Shown here piece after piece: positions 36,345-46,643 of a stretch of DNA of 64,000 nt. Every line of letters begins with the position of its first letter. The stretch's first letter is position 1. A program made the translations under genes and the position numbers. Origin of the DNA: Candidatus Bipolaricaulota bacterium (GTDB lineage: Bacteria; Bipolaricaulota; Bipolaricaulia; UBA7950; UBA9294); the NCBI GenBank assembly GCA_030670905.1, contig DAOVAR010000001.1, forward strand, positions 285 to 64,284. The letters run 5' to 3'. The notes below the pieces were generated by a model. The model was not told the DNA's origin. It saw only the letters and a program-made list of their open reading frames with translations, and ran no database searches.

Positions 36345-37835
36345 TTACAGTTTGTAAATCTGGCTGTACTTGTCTGTGATATACCGCATAAAGTAGGAGG
36401 GGTTCAGCCTTTCTCCTGTGACGCGTTGGAGGAGGTCTTGTGGTTCGTACATTTTACCGAAGCGGTGTACTTGCTTTCGCAGCCAGGAGAGAAGAACGAT
36501 GGACTTGCCATTGGCGATTTGCTCGTCGAGATCAGGAATCTCTTCTTTTACCTTGGCAAATATCTGCGCGGAGCACAAGTTTCCTAGCATGTATGAGGAG
36601 AAATAGCCAAACATTCCAGCTGACCAGTGTACATCTTGTAGGACTCCGTGTGCGTCGTCCTTAGGTACAACGCCCAGGTAACGTTTCATTGCATCTTGCC
36701 ACAGCTCGGGCAAATCACCAACGTTGATGCGCCCGTTTATCAGCTGTTCTTCAAGTTCAAAGCGAAGCATGATGTGTAGGTTGTAGGTTACTTCATCTGC
36801 TTCTACGCGGATGAGGGAAGGGGTAACTGTGTTCACCGCGTCATACAGAATCTCAGGTCGAGCGCGAGCAAATTCAGGGAAGACACTGGCCAGGATCGGT
36901 TGGAAGAATCTTAGGAACGGGAGTTGCTTGCCGACCATGTTTTCCCACATTCGTGACTGAGATTCGTGGATTCCAAAGGAGGCGCCTCCATCAAGACCGC
37001 TCCAATGCAATTTTGCGGGAATCCCTTGCTGGTACAACGCGTGGCCTCCTTCGTGCATGGTGCTGAATATGCCGGAGAATAAGTTGTTGTTGATAAAGCG
37101 GGTCGTGACACGGGTATCTCGCGGTCCCGTAGAGATGGTGAATGGGTGTATGGTTGTGTCGAGCCGGCCAGCAGAAAAGTCATAACCCATCGCTTTAAGC
37201 ACATACGAAGAAAGCTTCTGTTGTTGATCAATGGGGAATGTTCCCTCTAGAACTTCCGTGTGCGGCTGAGTGCCTTCTTCCCTTAATCGCTTGAGAAACG
37301 GCACGAGTTTCTTGCGCAATGGCTCAATCACCAAGCGGAGTTGGCTGGTGGTCATTCCTGGTTCATACTCTTCGAGCAAGGCATCGTAAAGATTGTCTTC
37401 ATAGCCATAGAGCTCCGCAAACTGTCGTGAAAAGTCAACCATCTTTTGCAAATGGGGCTGGAACAGCTCAAAGTCTGAAGTCTTCTTTGCCTGTTCCCAG
37501 ACCGACTCACTTCTCGATTGTGCAATGGTAAATCGCTCATAGATGTCGGGTGAGATTGACTTCTGACGACGATAGGCTTTTCCTACTACGCGTATACTTG
37601 CTTGCTCCTCTAATGAGAGATCATTCTGTGTTTCTAGCTCTTCCAGATAATGACCAAGCTGGTCCGATACCAGAAGCTCAAATGCCATCTTGGCGAGTTT
37701 TCCAAGTACGAGAGCTCGCGCCGCGTGCCCTTTTTGGGGAAGGTACGTACGTTGATCCCAGTGAAGCAAGGAAATGGCGGATTCTAGCTTACCAATCTCT
37801 TGAAGGTGCTTCTTGTAAGCAGCGAGGGTATTCAT
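36345..37835 (-). CDS. M32 carboxypeptidase (Taq-type metallocarboxypeptidase)
   Basis: 496 aa with an HEGGHALYQQG zinc motif, plus HESQS and DAVNTVTPSLIRVEADEVTYNLHIMLRFE. Confidence 0.85.
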   Translation of the reverse strand: MNTLAAYKKHLQEIGKLESAISLLHWDQRTYLPQKGHAARALVLGKLAKMAFELLVSDQLGHYLEELETQNDLSLEEQASIRVVGKAYRRQKSISPDIYERFTIAQSRSESVWEQAKKTSDFELFQPHLQKMVDFSRQFAELYGYEDNLYDALLEEYEPGMTTSQLRLVIEPLRKKLVPFLKRLREEGTQPHTEVLEGTFPIDQQQKLSSYVLKAMGYDFSAGRLDTTIHPFTISTGPRDTRVTTRFINNNLFSGIFSTMHEGGHALYQQGIPAKLHWSGLDGGASFGIHESQSRMWENMVGKQLPFLRFFQPILASVFPEFARARPEILYDAVNTVTPSLIRVEADEVTYNLHIMLRFELEEQLINGRINVGDLPELWQDAMKRYLGVVPKDDAHGVLQDVHWSAGMFGYFSSYMLGNLCSAQIFAKVKEEIPDLDEQIANGKSIVLLSWLRKQVHRFGKMYEPQDLLQRVTGERLNPSYFMRYITDKYSQIYKL

Positions 37836-38593
37836 AGTATTGGCTCATCAATGATCTCTTTCGCGGGAGAGCAGACACGGTTTCTCAGAGTCCCAATACC
37901 TTCGATTTCAACTTCCACTAAGTCGCCAGAAGAGAGCGGGCCTACACCTGATGGGGTACCGGTAGCGATTACATCACCTTCTTCTAAAGTCATGAATGAG
38001 GTAATCTCCTCAATGATCTCCGGAATGGAGAAGATGAGCTGACTTGTTGTAGCATCCTGTCTTGTCTCTCCATTTAGTCGCAACTGGATGTGGAATGGCT
38101 CCTGAATCTCATCCTTGGTGATGATTACTGGACCAAGAGGAGCGGAGGTATCGAACCCCTTTGCGCGGACCCAATTCTTATCCCATCCTTGCGCCTCGCG
38201 ATCGGAAACATCATTCATACACGTGTATCCTGAGATAACATTCATCGCCTTGTTAGCCGGCACGTTTCTGCAACGACATCCAATGACTATGGCAAGCTCA
38301 GCTTCGTAATCCACGTGAGGGCTGGGTGGAAGAATGATATCATCTTCCGGGCCGATGATAGCGGAGGGAGGCTTGAAAAATAACAACGGCCTAACAGGTA
38401 CCTCATTCCCCAATTCTTGCGCGTGCGCGGCATAGTTTCGCCCCAAGCAGATGATCTTTGTAGGAGTGCATGGAGCAAGTAACCGTACTTGAGACAGGGC
38501 ATAGTTTTGCCGAGAGGCGATGATCTGTTGGCCACAAAGCTTTCCAGCTAGTGGTTCTTTGCCTTCACTGGGTAAGAATCGCACGTATCGCAT
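37832..38593 (-). CDS. Fumarylacetoacetate hydrolase (FAH) family protein
   Basis: 253 aa with ICLGRNYAAHAQE, YEAELAIVIG and GDVIATGTPSGVG motifs. Confidence 0.8.
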   Translation of the reverse strand: MRYVRFLPSEGKEPLAGKLCGQQIIASRQNYALSQVRLLAPCTPTKIICLGRNYAAHAQELGNEVPVRPLLFFKPPSAIIGPEDDIILPPSPHVDYEAELAIVIGCRCRNVPANKAMNVISGYTCMNDVSDREAQGWDKNWVRAKGFDTSAPLGPVIITKDEIQEPFHIQLRLNGETRQDATTSQLIFSIPEIIEEITSFMTLEEGDVIATGTPSGVGPLSSGDLVEVEIEGIGTLRNRVCSPAKEIIDEPIL

Positions 38594-38679
38594 TCTTCTC
38601 CTTTAGAAGAGATAGATCAGCTGGTAACCAACAATAGTAAACACTGCTCTATTGCTGTGTATCGACCAAGTAGTGCAGC

Positions 38680-38708
38680 TTGCACTAGAATAGACTCTAA
38701 CATAGAAT
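38680..38708 (+). promoter_or_regulatory. Candidate promoter for tRNA-Leu (-35 TTGCAC, 17 nt, -10 TAGAAT)
   Basis: The -10 element is 13 nt upstream of the mature tRNA 5' end. Confidence 0.35.
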
Positions 38709-38721
38709 AGGTTGTGTTTGA

Positions 38722-38806
38722 GCCAGAGTGGCGGAATTGGCAGACGCGCGGGACTCAAAATCCCGTGGCCTTTTGGGTCATGTGGGTTCGACCCCCACCT
38801 CTGGCA
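38722..38806 (+). tRNA. tRNA-Leu (anticodon CAA), type II with a long variable arm, no encoded CCA
   Basis: Hand fold: acceptor GCCAGAG/CTCTGGC and D-arm GCG..CGC. Anticodon stem CGGGA/TCCCG with loop CTCAAAA. A 17-nt variable arm. T-arm GTGGG-TTCGACC-CCCAC. Discriminator A. Confidence 0.85.
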
Positions 38807-38808
38807 TT

Positions 38809-38834
38809 GAACTCTTGTCAAGGGTTCTTCTTGG
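38809..38834. terminator. Hairpin after tRNA-Leu that overlaps the ftsZ stop, a possible bidirectional terminator
   Basis: GAACTCTTG-T-CAAGGGTTC near-palindrome, followed by TTCTTGG. Confidence 0.35.
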
Positions 38835-39933
38835 CTGTCGTTAGACTATGCTGTTGAGATTTACGATTTCGCCGCAAGTATGCGGGAATGTCAAGATCAC
38901 TTATTCCACCGCGCTTTTCCTGCTGCAAATTCGCAAGCATTGATTCATTATCCAGAGCTGCGCTCTCTTCTATGCCATAACTGACTGAAAAGCCTGTAGC
39001 GATTACTGTTAGGCGAACTCCTTTCATCCCATCATGGATTGCAGTGCCGAAAATGATGTCCGCTCGATCAGATACTGCCTCGCGGATCAAAGAGGCTGCT
39101 TCAGTAACTGCTTCCAGGGTAAGATCGGGGCCTCCCGTGATGTTCATAATCACCTTGCGCGCGCCCTTGATTGAGCCATCGAGCAGGGGAGACGAAATCG
39201 CAATGCGTGCCGCATCCTTTGTCTTGCTCTCTCCTTCTCCTTCTCCAATGCCCATCATTGCGGTTCCGGCATCCCGTAGCACGCTCTCTATGTCCGCAAA
39301 GTCGAGGTTGATCATTCCTGGAACAGTTATTAGATCAGAGATTCCTTCCACGCCTTGTCTGAGGACATCATCAGCTAGGACAAAAGCCTGCGTGATTGGG
39401 ATATCTGAGGGAGCAACTTTGAGGAGCCTATCATTGGCGATTGTGATAATGGCATCAACGGTCTCCGATAGATTCGCTATTCCCGCTTCAGCTCTCTCGG
39501 CCCTTGTTAGTCCCTCAAAGGAAAACGGGCGCGTAACGATTGCTGTTGTCAGAATTCCGGCTTCCCTAGCCAAGGAGGCAATCACGGGAGCAGCACCAGT
39601 TCCGGTTCCCCCACCCATTCCAGCAGTGATGAATGCCATGTCAACGCCACTAAGTAGATCCATGATCTCTTCCTGGCTCTCCTCAGCGGCCAGTCTTCCG
39701 GTTTCGGGGTCTCCTCCAGCCCCCAATCCACCGGTCAATCTACGTCCAATTTGAAGACTGCGATGAGCTTGTACGACTTCAAGCACCTGGACATCTGTGT
39801 TTACGGCAACTAATTCCACTCCACTGATGTTGGTGGAGAACATGCGATCAACAGCGTTTCCTCCTCCGCCTCCTACGCCGATTACCATCAGCCGAGCAGG
39901 GGGTGCCATGCTGATTTCGTTGGACATTCTCAC
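38818..39933 (-). CDS. ftsZ: Cell division GTPase FtsZ
   Basis: 371 aa with VIGVGGGGGNAV (tubulin signature) and GGTGTGAAPVIA. Confidence 0.95.
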   Translation of the reverse strand: MRMSNEISMAPPARLMVIGVGGGGGNAVDRMFSTNISGVELVAVNTDVQVLEVVQAHRSLQIGRRLTGGLGAGGDPETGRLAAEESQEEIMDLLSGVDMAFITAGMGGGTGTGAAPVIASLAREAGILTTAIVTRPFSFEGLTRAERAEAGIANLSETVDAIITIANDRLLKVAPSDIPITQAFVLADDVLRQGVEGISDLITVPGMINLDFADIESVLRDAGTAMMGIGEGEGESKTKDAARIAISSPLLDGSIKGARKVIMNITGGPDLTLEAVTEAASLIREAVSDRADIIFGTAIHDGMKGVRLTVIATGFSVSYGIEESAALDNESMLANLQQEKRGGISDLDIPAYLRRNRKSQQHSLTTAKKNP

Positions 39934-41162
39934 CCCCGGAAAAAGCGATTAAACCAAGAGAAGAGCTTGCTCATTAGGGAACTTCTCTTCTTTGCGAATC
40001 GTCTCGCGCTGAAATCTCTTGTTTCCACGGTATATCGCAGCAATCCGATCGATGTAGCATAGATTGGCGACTCGACGATGTCTCTTAGGCCATGTATGCC
40101 TCGAGGAATCTTCCCTTGTCGTACCGGTATCTCGTAGCGCTGAGCCGCAAATTCTGCGATTCCATTGAGTAATGAGGTTCCTCCTGTAAGAACCAATCCT
40201 GCGGGGACAAGATCACGGTACCCCGCATCTTCAACTTCCTGCAATCCGAGGTCAAGGAGTTCCTCTACGCGCGGCTCTATGATCTTTGCGAGTTTCTTTC
40301 TAGAAACGGTCTTCTTCTTGTCTCCTCCGATTGTGGCGACCTCGATTTTCTCGTCTTCGCTAACGCTATCTACCAATGCTGTTCCTGCTTGTTTCTTGAT
40401 TAGCTCCGCTTCTTCAATTGGTGTCTGCAATCCAACCGTGATGTCGTTGGTGATGTGCTCTCCCGCGATTGGGAGTACCTTTGAGAACCAAATATCTCCA
40501 CCGCGGAATACACTTATATCTGTAGTTCCGCCTCCAATGTCCATCAGGATGACTCCCAGTTCCTTCTCTGCCGAAGAGAGAACTGCCATCGAAGAGGCGA
40601 GTGGCTCAAGGACTATTTGATTAATCCCAATGTTTAGCATCTCCACGCACCGGACCAAGTTATGTACGGCTGTGATTGCCCCAGTGACGAGGTGTACATC
40701 AACCTCTAGCCGAGTACCCGTCATACCAACTGGATCAGTAATGCCGTCTTGGCCATCCACTATATACTGTCGCGGAATTATGTGTATCAGCTCGCTTTCC
40801 GGGGGAAGCTGAATTGCTTGGGCAGTTTCTACAACACGACGCACATCATCCTGCGTAATAATTCTATCGGGACGGTTGATGGAGACGGTGCCACTGTTGT
40901 TGATGGAGGTGATATGTTTCCCAGCGATTCCTACATATACCGAATCAATGGCAACATCGGCCATATTTTCTGCTTCTTCGACTGCTTTGCGTATAGAGGC
41001 GATTGTACGACCGATATCTACCACTACACCTTTTTCTAATCCGTTTGATGCAGCTTTTCCCATACCGATGACTTCTATTAATCCATCGGACACATTACCT
41101 ACGAGCGCAACAACCTTGGTGGTGCCTATGTCAAGACCCACCACCACTCTTTCCTTGCTCAT
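39930..41162 (-). CDS. ftsA: Cell division protein FtsA
   Basis: 410 aa actin-like ATPase, VVGLDIGTTKVVALVG... Confidence 0.9.
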   Translation of the reverse strand: MSKERVVVGLDIGTTKVVALVGNVSDGLIEVIGMGKAASNGLEKGVVVDIGRTIASIRKAVEEAENMADVAIDSVYVGIAGKHITSINNSGTVSINRPDRIITQDDVRRVVETAQAIQLPPESELIHIIPRQYIVDGQDGITDPVGMTGTRLEVDVHLVTGAITAVHNLVRCVEMLNIGINQIVLEPLASSMAVLSSAEKELGVILMDIGGGTTDISVFRGGDIWFSKVLPIAGEHITNDITVGLQTPIEEAELIKKQAGTALVDSVSEDEKIEVATIGGDKKKTVSRKKLAKIIEPRVEELLDLGLQEVEDAGYRDLVPAGLVLTGGTSLLNGIAEFAAQRYEIPVRQGKIPRGIHGLRDIVESPIYATSIGLLRYTVETRDFSARRFAKKRSSLMSKLFSWFNRFFRG

Positions 41163-41752
41163 CTTTTCACCGCCTTGCGGAGTACAAGTATTGCCTCACC
41201 TTCAAATCTGAGATCTATCGATTGATAGTCATCCAGATCAATGCTAGCAAGCAACGCTACTAGAGCATCAATTCTGGGCCTGATCTTTTCTATAGAACCT
41301 AGTATTATTTTTAGTTCACCCGGTGTAAATAGGGTAACCTCTCTAGGATTTCCGAAATCCATTAGAGAAAACGGCCCCTCGCTCATTCCCAGACTGTATA
41401 GGTATTCAACGACTCTGATTGCTTCCTTGTTAGTCTGCACAGTCGAAGGGTCATTGCTGGTAAACTCTATCCCCTTTACGGAAAGAAAAGGGCGCTCGTC
41501 CTCAGCTACTTGGTAGAGCAATTGCCCGCCTTCTGCAATTGCTACAGGCTTCTCCTGCTCGCCAGCACCGTATAACGCTGCAATTGGCACATACTCATGA
41601 ATCGTAATCTGTATTGTGTGCGGATAGGCTCGCTTGACATAGGCTTCCTTCACCCACGGCATTGACAAGAGAGCTTTTTGGGTACGGGATGCAGAGATTC
41701 GTAGAAGATTCTCTCCTATTCGAAGTCCACTTTTCTCCTTGATTTCCTCCAA
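41159..41752 (-). CDS. ftsQ: Cell division protein FtsQ/DivIB, periplasmic POTRA and beta domains. The N-terminal TM anchor is encoded upstream (41753-41900) out of frame.
   Basis: 197 aa from a TTG start. Upstream codons read KFSCRLAILGGVLIAAAVVVLYAPWFSPFNLQEITVTGNHH, a classic FtsQ TM segment plus POTRA start. There is no start codon unless a C7 run at 41886-41892 is read as C6. Confidence 0.75.
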   Translation of the reverse strand: MEEIKEKSGLRIGENLLRISASRTQKALLSMPWVKEAYVKRAYPHTIQITIHEYVPIAALYGAGEQEKPVAIAEGGQLLYQVAEDERPFLSVKGIEFTSNDPSTVQTNKEAIRVVEYLYSLGMSEGPFSLMDFGNPREVTLFTPGELKIILGSIEKIRPRIDALVALLASIDLDDYQSIDLRFEGEAILVLRKAVKR

Positions 41753-41908
41753 TAAGGTATGATGGTTCCCTGTTACTGTAATCTCTTGCAGATTGAAAGG
41801 AGAAAACCAAGGTGCGTACAGAACAACGACGGCAGCAGCGATAAGAACCCCTCCTAAAATAGCTAGCCTACAAGAAAACTTTTGTCCCCCCCTTGTTCAC
41901 GGTCACTG

Positions 41909-42823
41909 TCAAATGACCTCAAGCTCCATTTCAAGCTGAATATGAGAACTCTTATACACCTTTCTACGTATAATGTCAATTAATTCAAGAACTTGAGCAC
42001 TCGTTGCCCCTCCAGAGTTGATGATGAAATTGGCATGTTTTTCAGATACCTTGGCCATTCCCACCCTATGTCCTTTTAGGCCAGCCTGTTCAATCAACCT
42101 ACCCGCAGATAGGCCTGGAGGGTTCTTGAATACGCAACCAGCGCTATGAGCAGAGGAAGGTTGGGTTGATCTTCGTCGATTGAGAATCTCGATGCGGTCG
42201 TATACTCTGCCGTTCAGGTTCATCTTTGCCCACAGGATTGGTAGCCTGTTCTTGATAAAGAGGCTTGTTCGATAGGAAAATCCGCAACACTTGGCTGGGA
42301 TCACCTCGATTCTGGTACTTGAATTGAGGATGGCTACTTCTTCCACTTCTTGCCCTATCGCTCGTTCAGGAATCCCGGCGTTCATTGCTATTGCGCCTCC
42401 AAGCGAACCCGGGATTCCAGCAAGAAAATTGAGCGATTGCTGATTCGCTTGATCTAGGCGTGTGATAAGCTCGGGAAGAGGCTCTCCCGCGAGTGCATGT
42501 ACCCAACCATCTCCGATGCTTGCCCCTCGCAGTTGTGACGTTCCAATTACCATACCCAAGTAGCCTTTGTCACGGAAGAGGATATTCGAACCGGCGCCTA
42601 GGATCATGTATGGGAGCTCGTATTCGCTACAGAGACTGATCGCTTCCTGCAATATTCCGATAGTTTTTGGTAAGAAGAAGCAAGTTGCTCTTCCACCAAT
42701 TGCAAGCGTAGTATGCAGGAAGAGCGGTTCGTCAAGAATTAGCTCACACCGTAGAGAGGCGAGCTTGGCATATAGTTCAGCTTGGTTCACACTGTGCAGA
42801 ACTGCCCCTTCTCCAAGAAGCAT
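41909..42823 (-). CDS. murB: UDP-N-acetylenolpyruvoylglucosamine reductase
   Basis: 304 aa with an FAD-binding PCMH domain (GGAGSN) and a MurB C-terminus. Confidence 0.9.
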   Translation of the reverse strand: MLLGEGAVLHSVNQAELYAKLASLRCELILDEPLFLHTTLAIGGRATCFFLPKTIGILQEAISLCSEYELPYMILGAGSNILFRDKGYLGMVIGTSQLRGASIGDGWVHALAGEPLPELITRLDQANQQSLNFLAGIPGSLGGAIAMNAGIPERAIGQEVEEVAILNSSTRIEVIPAKCCGFSYRTSLFIKNRLPILWAKMNLNGRVYDRIEILNRRRSTQPSSAHSAGCVFKNPPGLSAGRLIEQAGLKGHRVGMAKVSEKHANFIINSGGATSAQVLELIDIIRRKVYKSSHIQLEMELEVI

Positions 42824-44166
42824 GATAACTCCTCAGTGACTGTCCAAATGTCGCCGGCACCGAAGCTGATAATGAAATCCCCTGGCTCGATATATCCCTT
42901 GAGAAAAGAAACAACCTTTTCCTTGTCCTCAACGAAATGGAGGTCAAGATTGGATGAGTTGCTAATTGCTGCCGCAATTAGCCTTGAAGTGATTCCTGGG
43001 ATTGGCTGCTCCTGAGCAGGATAAATCGGAGTTAGTAGTACTGTGTCCGCCTCGCGAAATGCATTGCCAAACTCACCACTGATTGCTTTGGTTCGACTGT
43101 AGCGGTGAGGCTGGAAAATGGCCACAATCCTTCTGTGATTCCAACCGTCGCGAATCGCCTGCAGAGTTGCTTCAATCTCTTCAGGCAAGTGCGCGTAATC
43201 GTCCACTACCGTTACTCCATTTTCCTCTAAGAGCTGGAAGCGCCGTTTCGGTAGGCAGAACTCCTCCAGAGCCCTGGCAGCTTCGGTGAGGCTAATCCCG
43301 GCAAGGAAGCAGGCGCCAATAGCGCAGAGGGCATTACGCACATTGTGACTGCCGGGCGCGGGAAGTTGAACAGAGCAGACTCGCTTTCCTTGATAGACAA
43401 GATCGAAATTGGTACGAAAGCCATGGTGCGCAATGTTTGTAGCGCTTAGTTTTGCGTCTTCACATATTCCTACAGTGAAAGCATTAGGAACTTCACGCGC
43501 CAGCTCGCGAACGTTCGGGTTATCGATTGCGAGAACCGAAAGTTCTGATTGACGAATGTATTGAGTGAAACCTCTCTTAATCCCAGCCAAAGTGGAATAG
43601 GTATTCAAGTGATCACGGCCGATATTGTTAAGAACTGCGATCGTTGGACACAATGTCAGGAATAAGCCATCGCTTTCATCCACTTCGGTAACGAAGAAAC
43701 TGCCCTGCCCAAGATGAGAGTTCCCTCCTAGGCCTGGACACTGTGCCCCTATGAGATAGCTTGGATCCTGTCCTGTTGCGGTTAGAATAGTGGCAGCCAT
43801 GGCAGTAGTAGTTGTTTTTCCGTGTGTTCCCGCTATTCCGATGCTCTTGTAGCCGTACAGCAGTGAGGCCAGGGCGTGCAATCGCTTTACAACGGGAAGG
43901 TTGCGTCTTCTTGCTGCTTTGAGTTCTGCGTTTTCCTCCCCAATTGCTGATGAGACAATGACCCCATCTAGATTATCATGAAGGAGACGAGCATCGTGCC
44001 CGAGATAGACAGACGCACCTGCTTCTTTCAGTTGGGCAACCTCCTTATTGTCATGTAGGTCGGAGCCAGAAATTGTCATTCCGCTGTCTAACATCACTCT
44101 GGCAAGACCACTCATGCCTGCTCCGCCAATGCCTATAAAGTGGTAACATTTCCCCGTTTTGATCAC
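42787..44166 (-). CDS. murC: UDP-N-acetylmuramate--L-alanine ligase
   Basis: About 460 aa from the GTG at 44164-44166 (VIKTGKCYHFIGIGGAGMSGLA), which overlaps the murG stop (GTGA), with GGGAG upstream. The ORF-track entry to 44382 is an upstream read-through extension. Confidence 0.88.
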   Translation of the reverse strand: MIKTGKCYHFIGIGGAGMSGLARVMLDSGMTISGSDLHDNKEVAQLKEAGASVYLGHDARLLHDNLDGVIVSSAIGEENAELKAARRRNLPVVKRLHALASLLYGYKSIGIAGTHGKTTTTAMAATILTATGQDPSYLIGAQCPGLGGNSHLGQGSFFVTEVDESDGLFLTLCPTIAVLNNIGRDHLNTYSTLAGIKRGFTQYIRQSELSVLAIDNPNVRELAREVPNAFTVGICEDAKLSATNIAHHGFRTNFDLVYQGKRVCSVQLPAPGSHNVRNALCAIGACFLAGISLTEAARALEEFCLPKRRFQLLEENGVTVVDDYAHLPEEIEATLQAIRDGWNHRRIVAIFQPHRYSRTKAISGEFGNAFREADTVLLTPIYPAQEQPIPGITSRLIAAAISNSSNLDLHFVEDKEKVVSFLKGYIEPGDFIISFGAGDIWTVTEELSCFLEKGQFCTV

Positions 44167-45290
44167 GTTTGTGCTCCCTCTAGTAAAATACGGATTTCTC
44201 CTAGAATTGCGGTCGATGCTTGGCGCCGGCCAAGCTGCCAAGAGTTTTGTGCCATTTGGACAAGTTTCTCCTTGTTCATTACTGTCTCTTTGATATAGGT
44301 CAGAAATGCGAGACTCGTCATGTCTTTTTCTGCTACTACTGCGCAAGCATTCCGCGATTCCAGGTAGCGGGCATTTTTCCATTGATGTCTATTAGCTGCT
44401 TTCCCCCATGGGACTAACAAAGCCGGTTTTCCGCAGGAAGTGATTTCGGCAAGAGTCGTGGCTCCGGCACGGGAGACGATCAGATCTGCTATCGCGAACG
44501 CATCACTCATCCGGTCAATGTAGCGGAATACCACGAGATTACTCACTCCGGGGCTACCAAACTCTTCATTGATTGAGCGTTCTTTTGCTTTGTTTCCAGT
44601 GATTAGAAGTATCTGTATTTGCCCGCTCTTGGAGAGTTTCTCTCTGGCACGCATGACAGCCTGGGTTAGGATTGCCGCTCCGTGAGATCCTCCAAACACG
44701 AGTACCGTTTTCTTCCCGGGGTCAAGGCCAAAACGATGGTAAATGCTCGTTTCCCGTCTAGTGAGGAGAAACTCCTTTCGGATTGGATTTCCAGTAATTA
44801 CTATTCTCTTCGCGCGTGGAAAGTATCTTTTTGAGTGCTGGTAAGAAACAAGTACTTCATCCACAAACGGGTAGAGGAAGCGGTTGGCTAAGCCAGCCTC
44901 TATGTTCTGTTCATGGATCACTGTACTTATCCCCAGGGGTTTCTTGAGGAGGTTTCCCAGGAAAACAGCGGGGAAGGAAGCATATCCTCCCATTCCGATG
45001 ATGAGCTGAGGTCGAAAACGCAGAATAATTCTTAGTGTTTCCGCGACGGCAAATGCGAGAAGGAGGATGGCTCCTAGGTTCTGAAACAGTCGCCTACGGG
45101 CAAAGCCACGAATATGTATTTTGTAGAAATGAATCTTAGGGTAGGAAGGAAGGATATGTGCTTCAATCCCTCGCTTTGTGCCGATATAGGCGATTTGTGT
45201 CTCATCTTGTTGCTGAGATAGCTCTTCCATGATTGCTATCGCGGGATAAACGTGACCTCCCGTTCCCCCGCCGGCAACTAGGATCTTCAA
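44163..45290 (-). CDS. murG: Undecaprenyldiphospho-muramoylpentapeptide beta-N-acetylglucosaminyltransferase
   Basis: 375 aa, MKILVAGGGTGGHVYPAIAI... Confidence 0.9.
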   Translation of the reverse strand: MKILVAGGGTGGHVYPAIAIMEELSQQQDETQIAYIGTKRGIEAHILPSYPKIHFYKIHIRGFARRRLFQNLGAILLLAFAVAETLRIILRFRPQLIIGMGGYASFPAVFLGNLLKKPLGISTVIHEQNIEAGLANRFLYPFVDEVLVSYQHSKRYFPRAKRIVITGNPIRKEFLLTRRETSIYHRFGLDPGKKTVLVFGGSHGAAILTQAVMRAREKLSKSGQIQILLITGNKAKERSINEEFGSPGVSNLVVFRYIDRMSDAFAIADLIVSRAGATTLAEITSCGKPALLVPWGKAANRHQWKNARYLESRNACAVVAEKDMTSLAFLTYIKETVMNKEKLVQMAQNSWQLGRRQASTAILGEIRILLEGAQT

Positions 45291-46372
45291 GGGCGCCCTC
45301 CTTGCTTTGAGATGTTCAATAGAGTTCCGACCATGGCCAGTGTGACAACCAGAGAGGAGCCTCCATTACTGATGAATGGCAAGGTAAGGCCGGTGACTGG
45401 CAGTATTCCAAGAGCAACCCCAAGATTGATTAGAGTTTGCACGCTGATCGTGAAGCCGATGCCGAATGCCAGAAGGTATCCAAAACGATCGGATGCGTGT
45501 GAGGCGATTTGGAAGGCGCGCCAGGCAAAGAAGGCGAACAAGGCAAGTAGAGCTAGCGCTCCCATCAATCCTAATTCCTCGGAAGCTATTGAAAAGATGA
45601 AATCGTTGTGCGCTTGCGGGAGATAGAACAGTTTTGCCCGTGATGCCCCGAGCCCGCGGCCGATCACTCCTCCAGATCCAATAGCAACCAGGGATTGAAC
45701 AATTTGATAACCAGAGGACGTATCGTACGCGTATGGGTCAAGAAAGGAGACGATTCGTGCTAGACGATAAGGCGCAATGCGCAGGGCGACGTAAATAAGG
45801 GGGATGCTTCCCATTCCAAGCCAGGCCAGATGTGAAATCCTAGCCCCGCTGAGGAACAGCATGGCCATGCTCACTGCCCCAAAGAGTAGCAGCATCCCGA
45901 AGTCAGGCTGACTCATCATTACGATTCCCAGTATGGATAGCACAACCACAAATGGAAGTACACCTTCCGTAAATGAGGATATCTTCTCACCTTTTCGAGA
46001 AATGGTTGCCGCCAGGTAGATGATCAGCGAAAACTTCACCAGTTCAGTTGGTTGTAATGTGAATGAACCCAGCTGTAACCAGCGACCATCGCCGCCCCCT
46101 AATAGCGGAATCACGGTTAGTAGGCTGAGGAGAAACGAGCCAACTAGAAGGAGGTCATCTAAATGAAAAAAACGATGATAATCATAGAAGGAAAGCACTG
46201 CGAGTAGGCCGATTCCCGTTATGGCAGCTATTAGCTGCCTTAGAAACAGGTGGAAACTGTTGTCGTAATATCTCAGAGAAAAAGCCGCGCTTGAACTATA
46301 GACCATTACCAATCCATAGAGGAGAAGGAGGGAAGTCACTGCAATCACGCCTCTGTCAACTCGTCCTTCCAC
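45287..46372 (-). CDS. ftsW: SEDS-family peptidoglycan glycosyltransferase FtsW
   Basis: 361 aa with about 10 TM segments of the FtsW/RodA family. It sits in dcw context upstream of murG. Confidence 0.8.
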   Translation of the reverse strand: MEGRVDRGVIAVTSLLLLYGLVMVYSSSAAFSLRYYDNSFHLFLRQLIAAITGIGLLAVLSFYDYHRFFHLDDLLLVGSFLLSLLTVIPLLGGGDGRWLQLGSFTLQPTELVKFSLIIYLAATISRKGEKISSFTEGVLPFVVVLSILGIVMMSQPDFGMLLLFGAVSMAMLFLSGARISHLAWLGMGSIPLIYVALRIAPYRLARIVSFLDPYAYDTSSGYQIVQSLVAIGSGGVIGRGLGASRAKLFYLPQAHNDFIFSIASEELGLMGALALLALFAFFAWRAFQIASHASDRFGYLLAFGIGFTISVQTLINLGVALGILPVTGLTLPFISNGGSSLVVTLAMVGTLLNISKQGGRP

Positions 46373-46643
46373 CCCGCCTCCTCGCTTGAGAATAGGCTAT
46401 TCCTGTCTGTTCCTGCTTTCCCGCGACTACAAGAATTACCGCAGTTGTCCTATGACCGAAAGGAAACCTGTCGGAAACGTAGAGAGGATTAGCGACGTTG
46501 AGCGTGGACGTGCGTCCCATGAAAAAGGATCTGCTGTCTGTTGATATCGAGTAGTAAGAAAGCGGCAGAACTGTTACGAGACTAGTCTAACCAAACAGGC
46601 AATAAGGCTAACCACGGCGAGACACATTCATGGAAAGCCTGAG

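Noticed and set aside
38603-38821. 72-aa minus-strand ORF
   Set aside because: It is entirely antisense to the tRNA-Leu gene and its terminator. There is no RBS and no recognisable domain.
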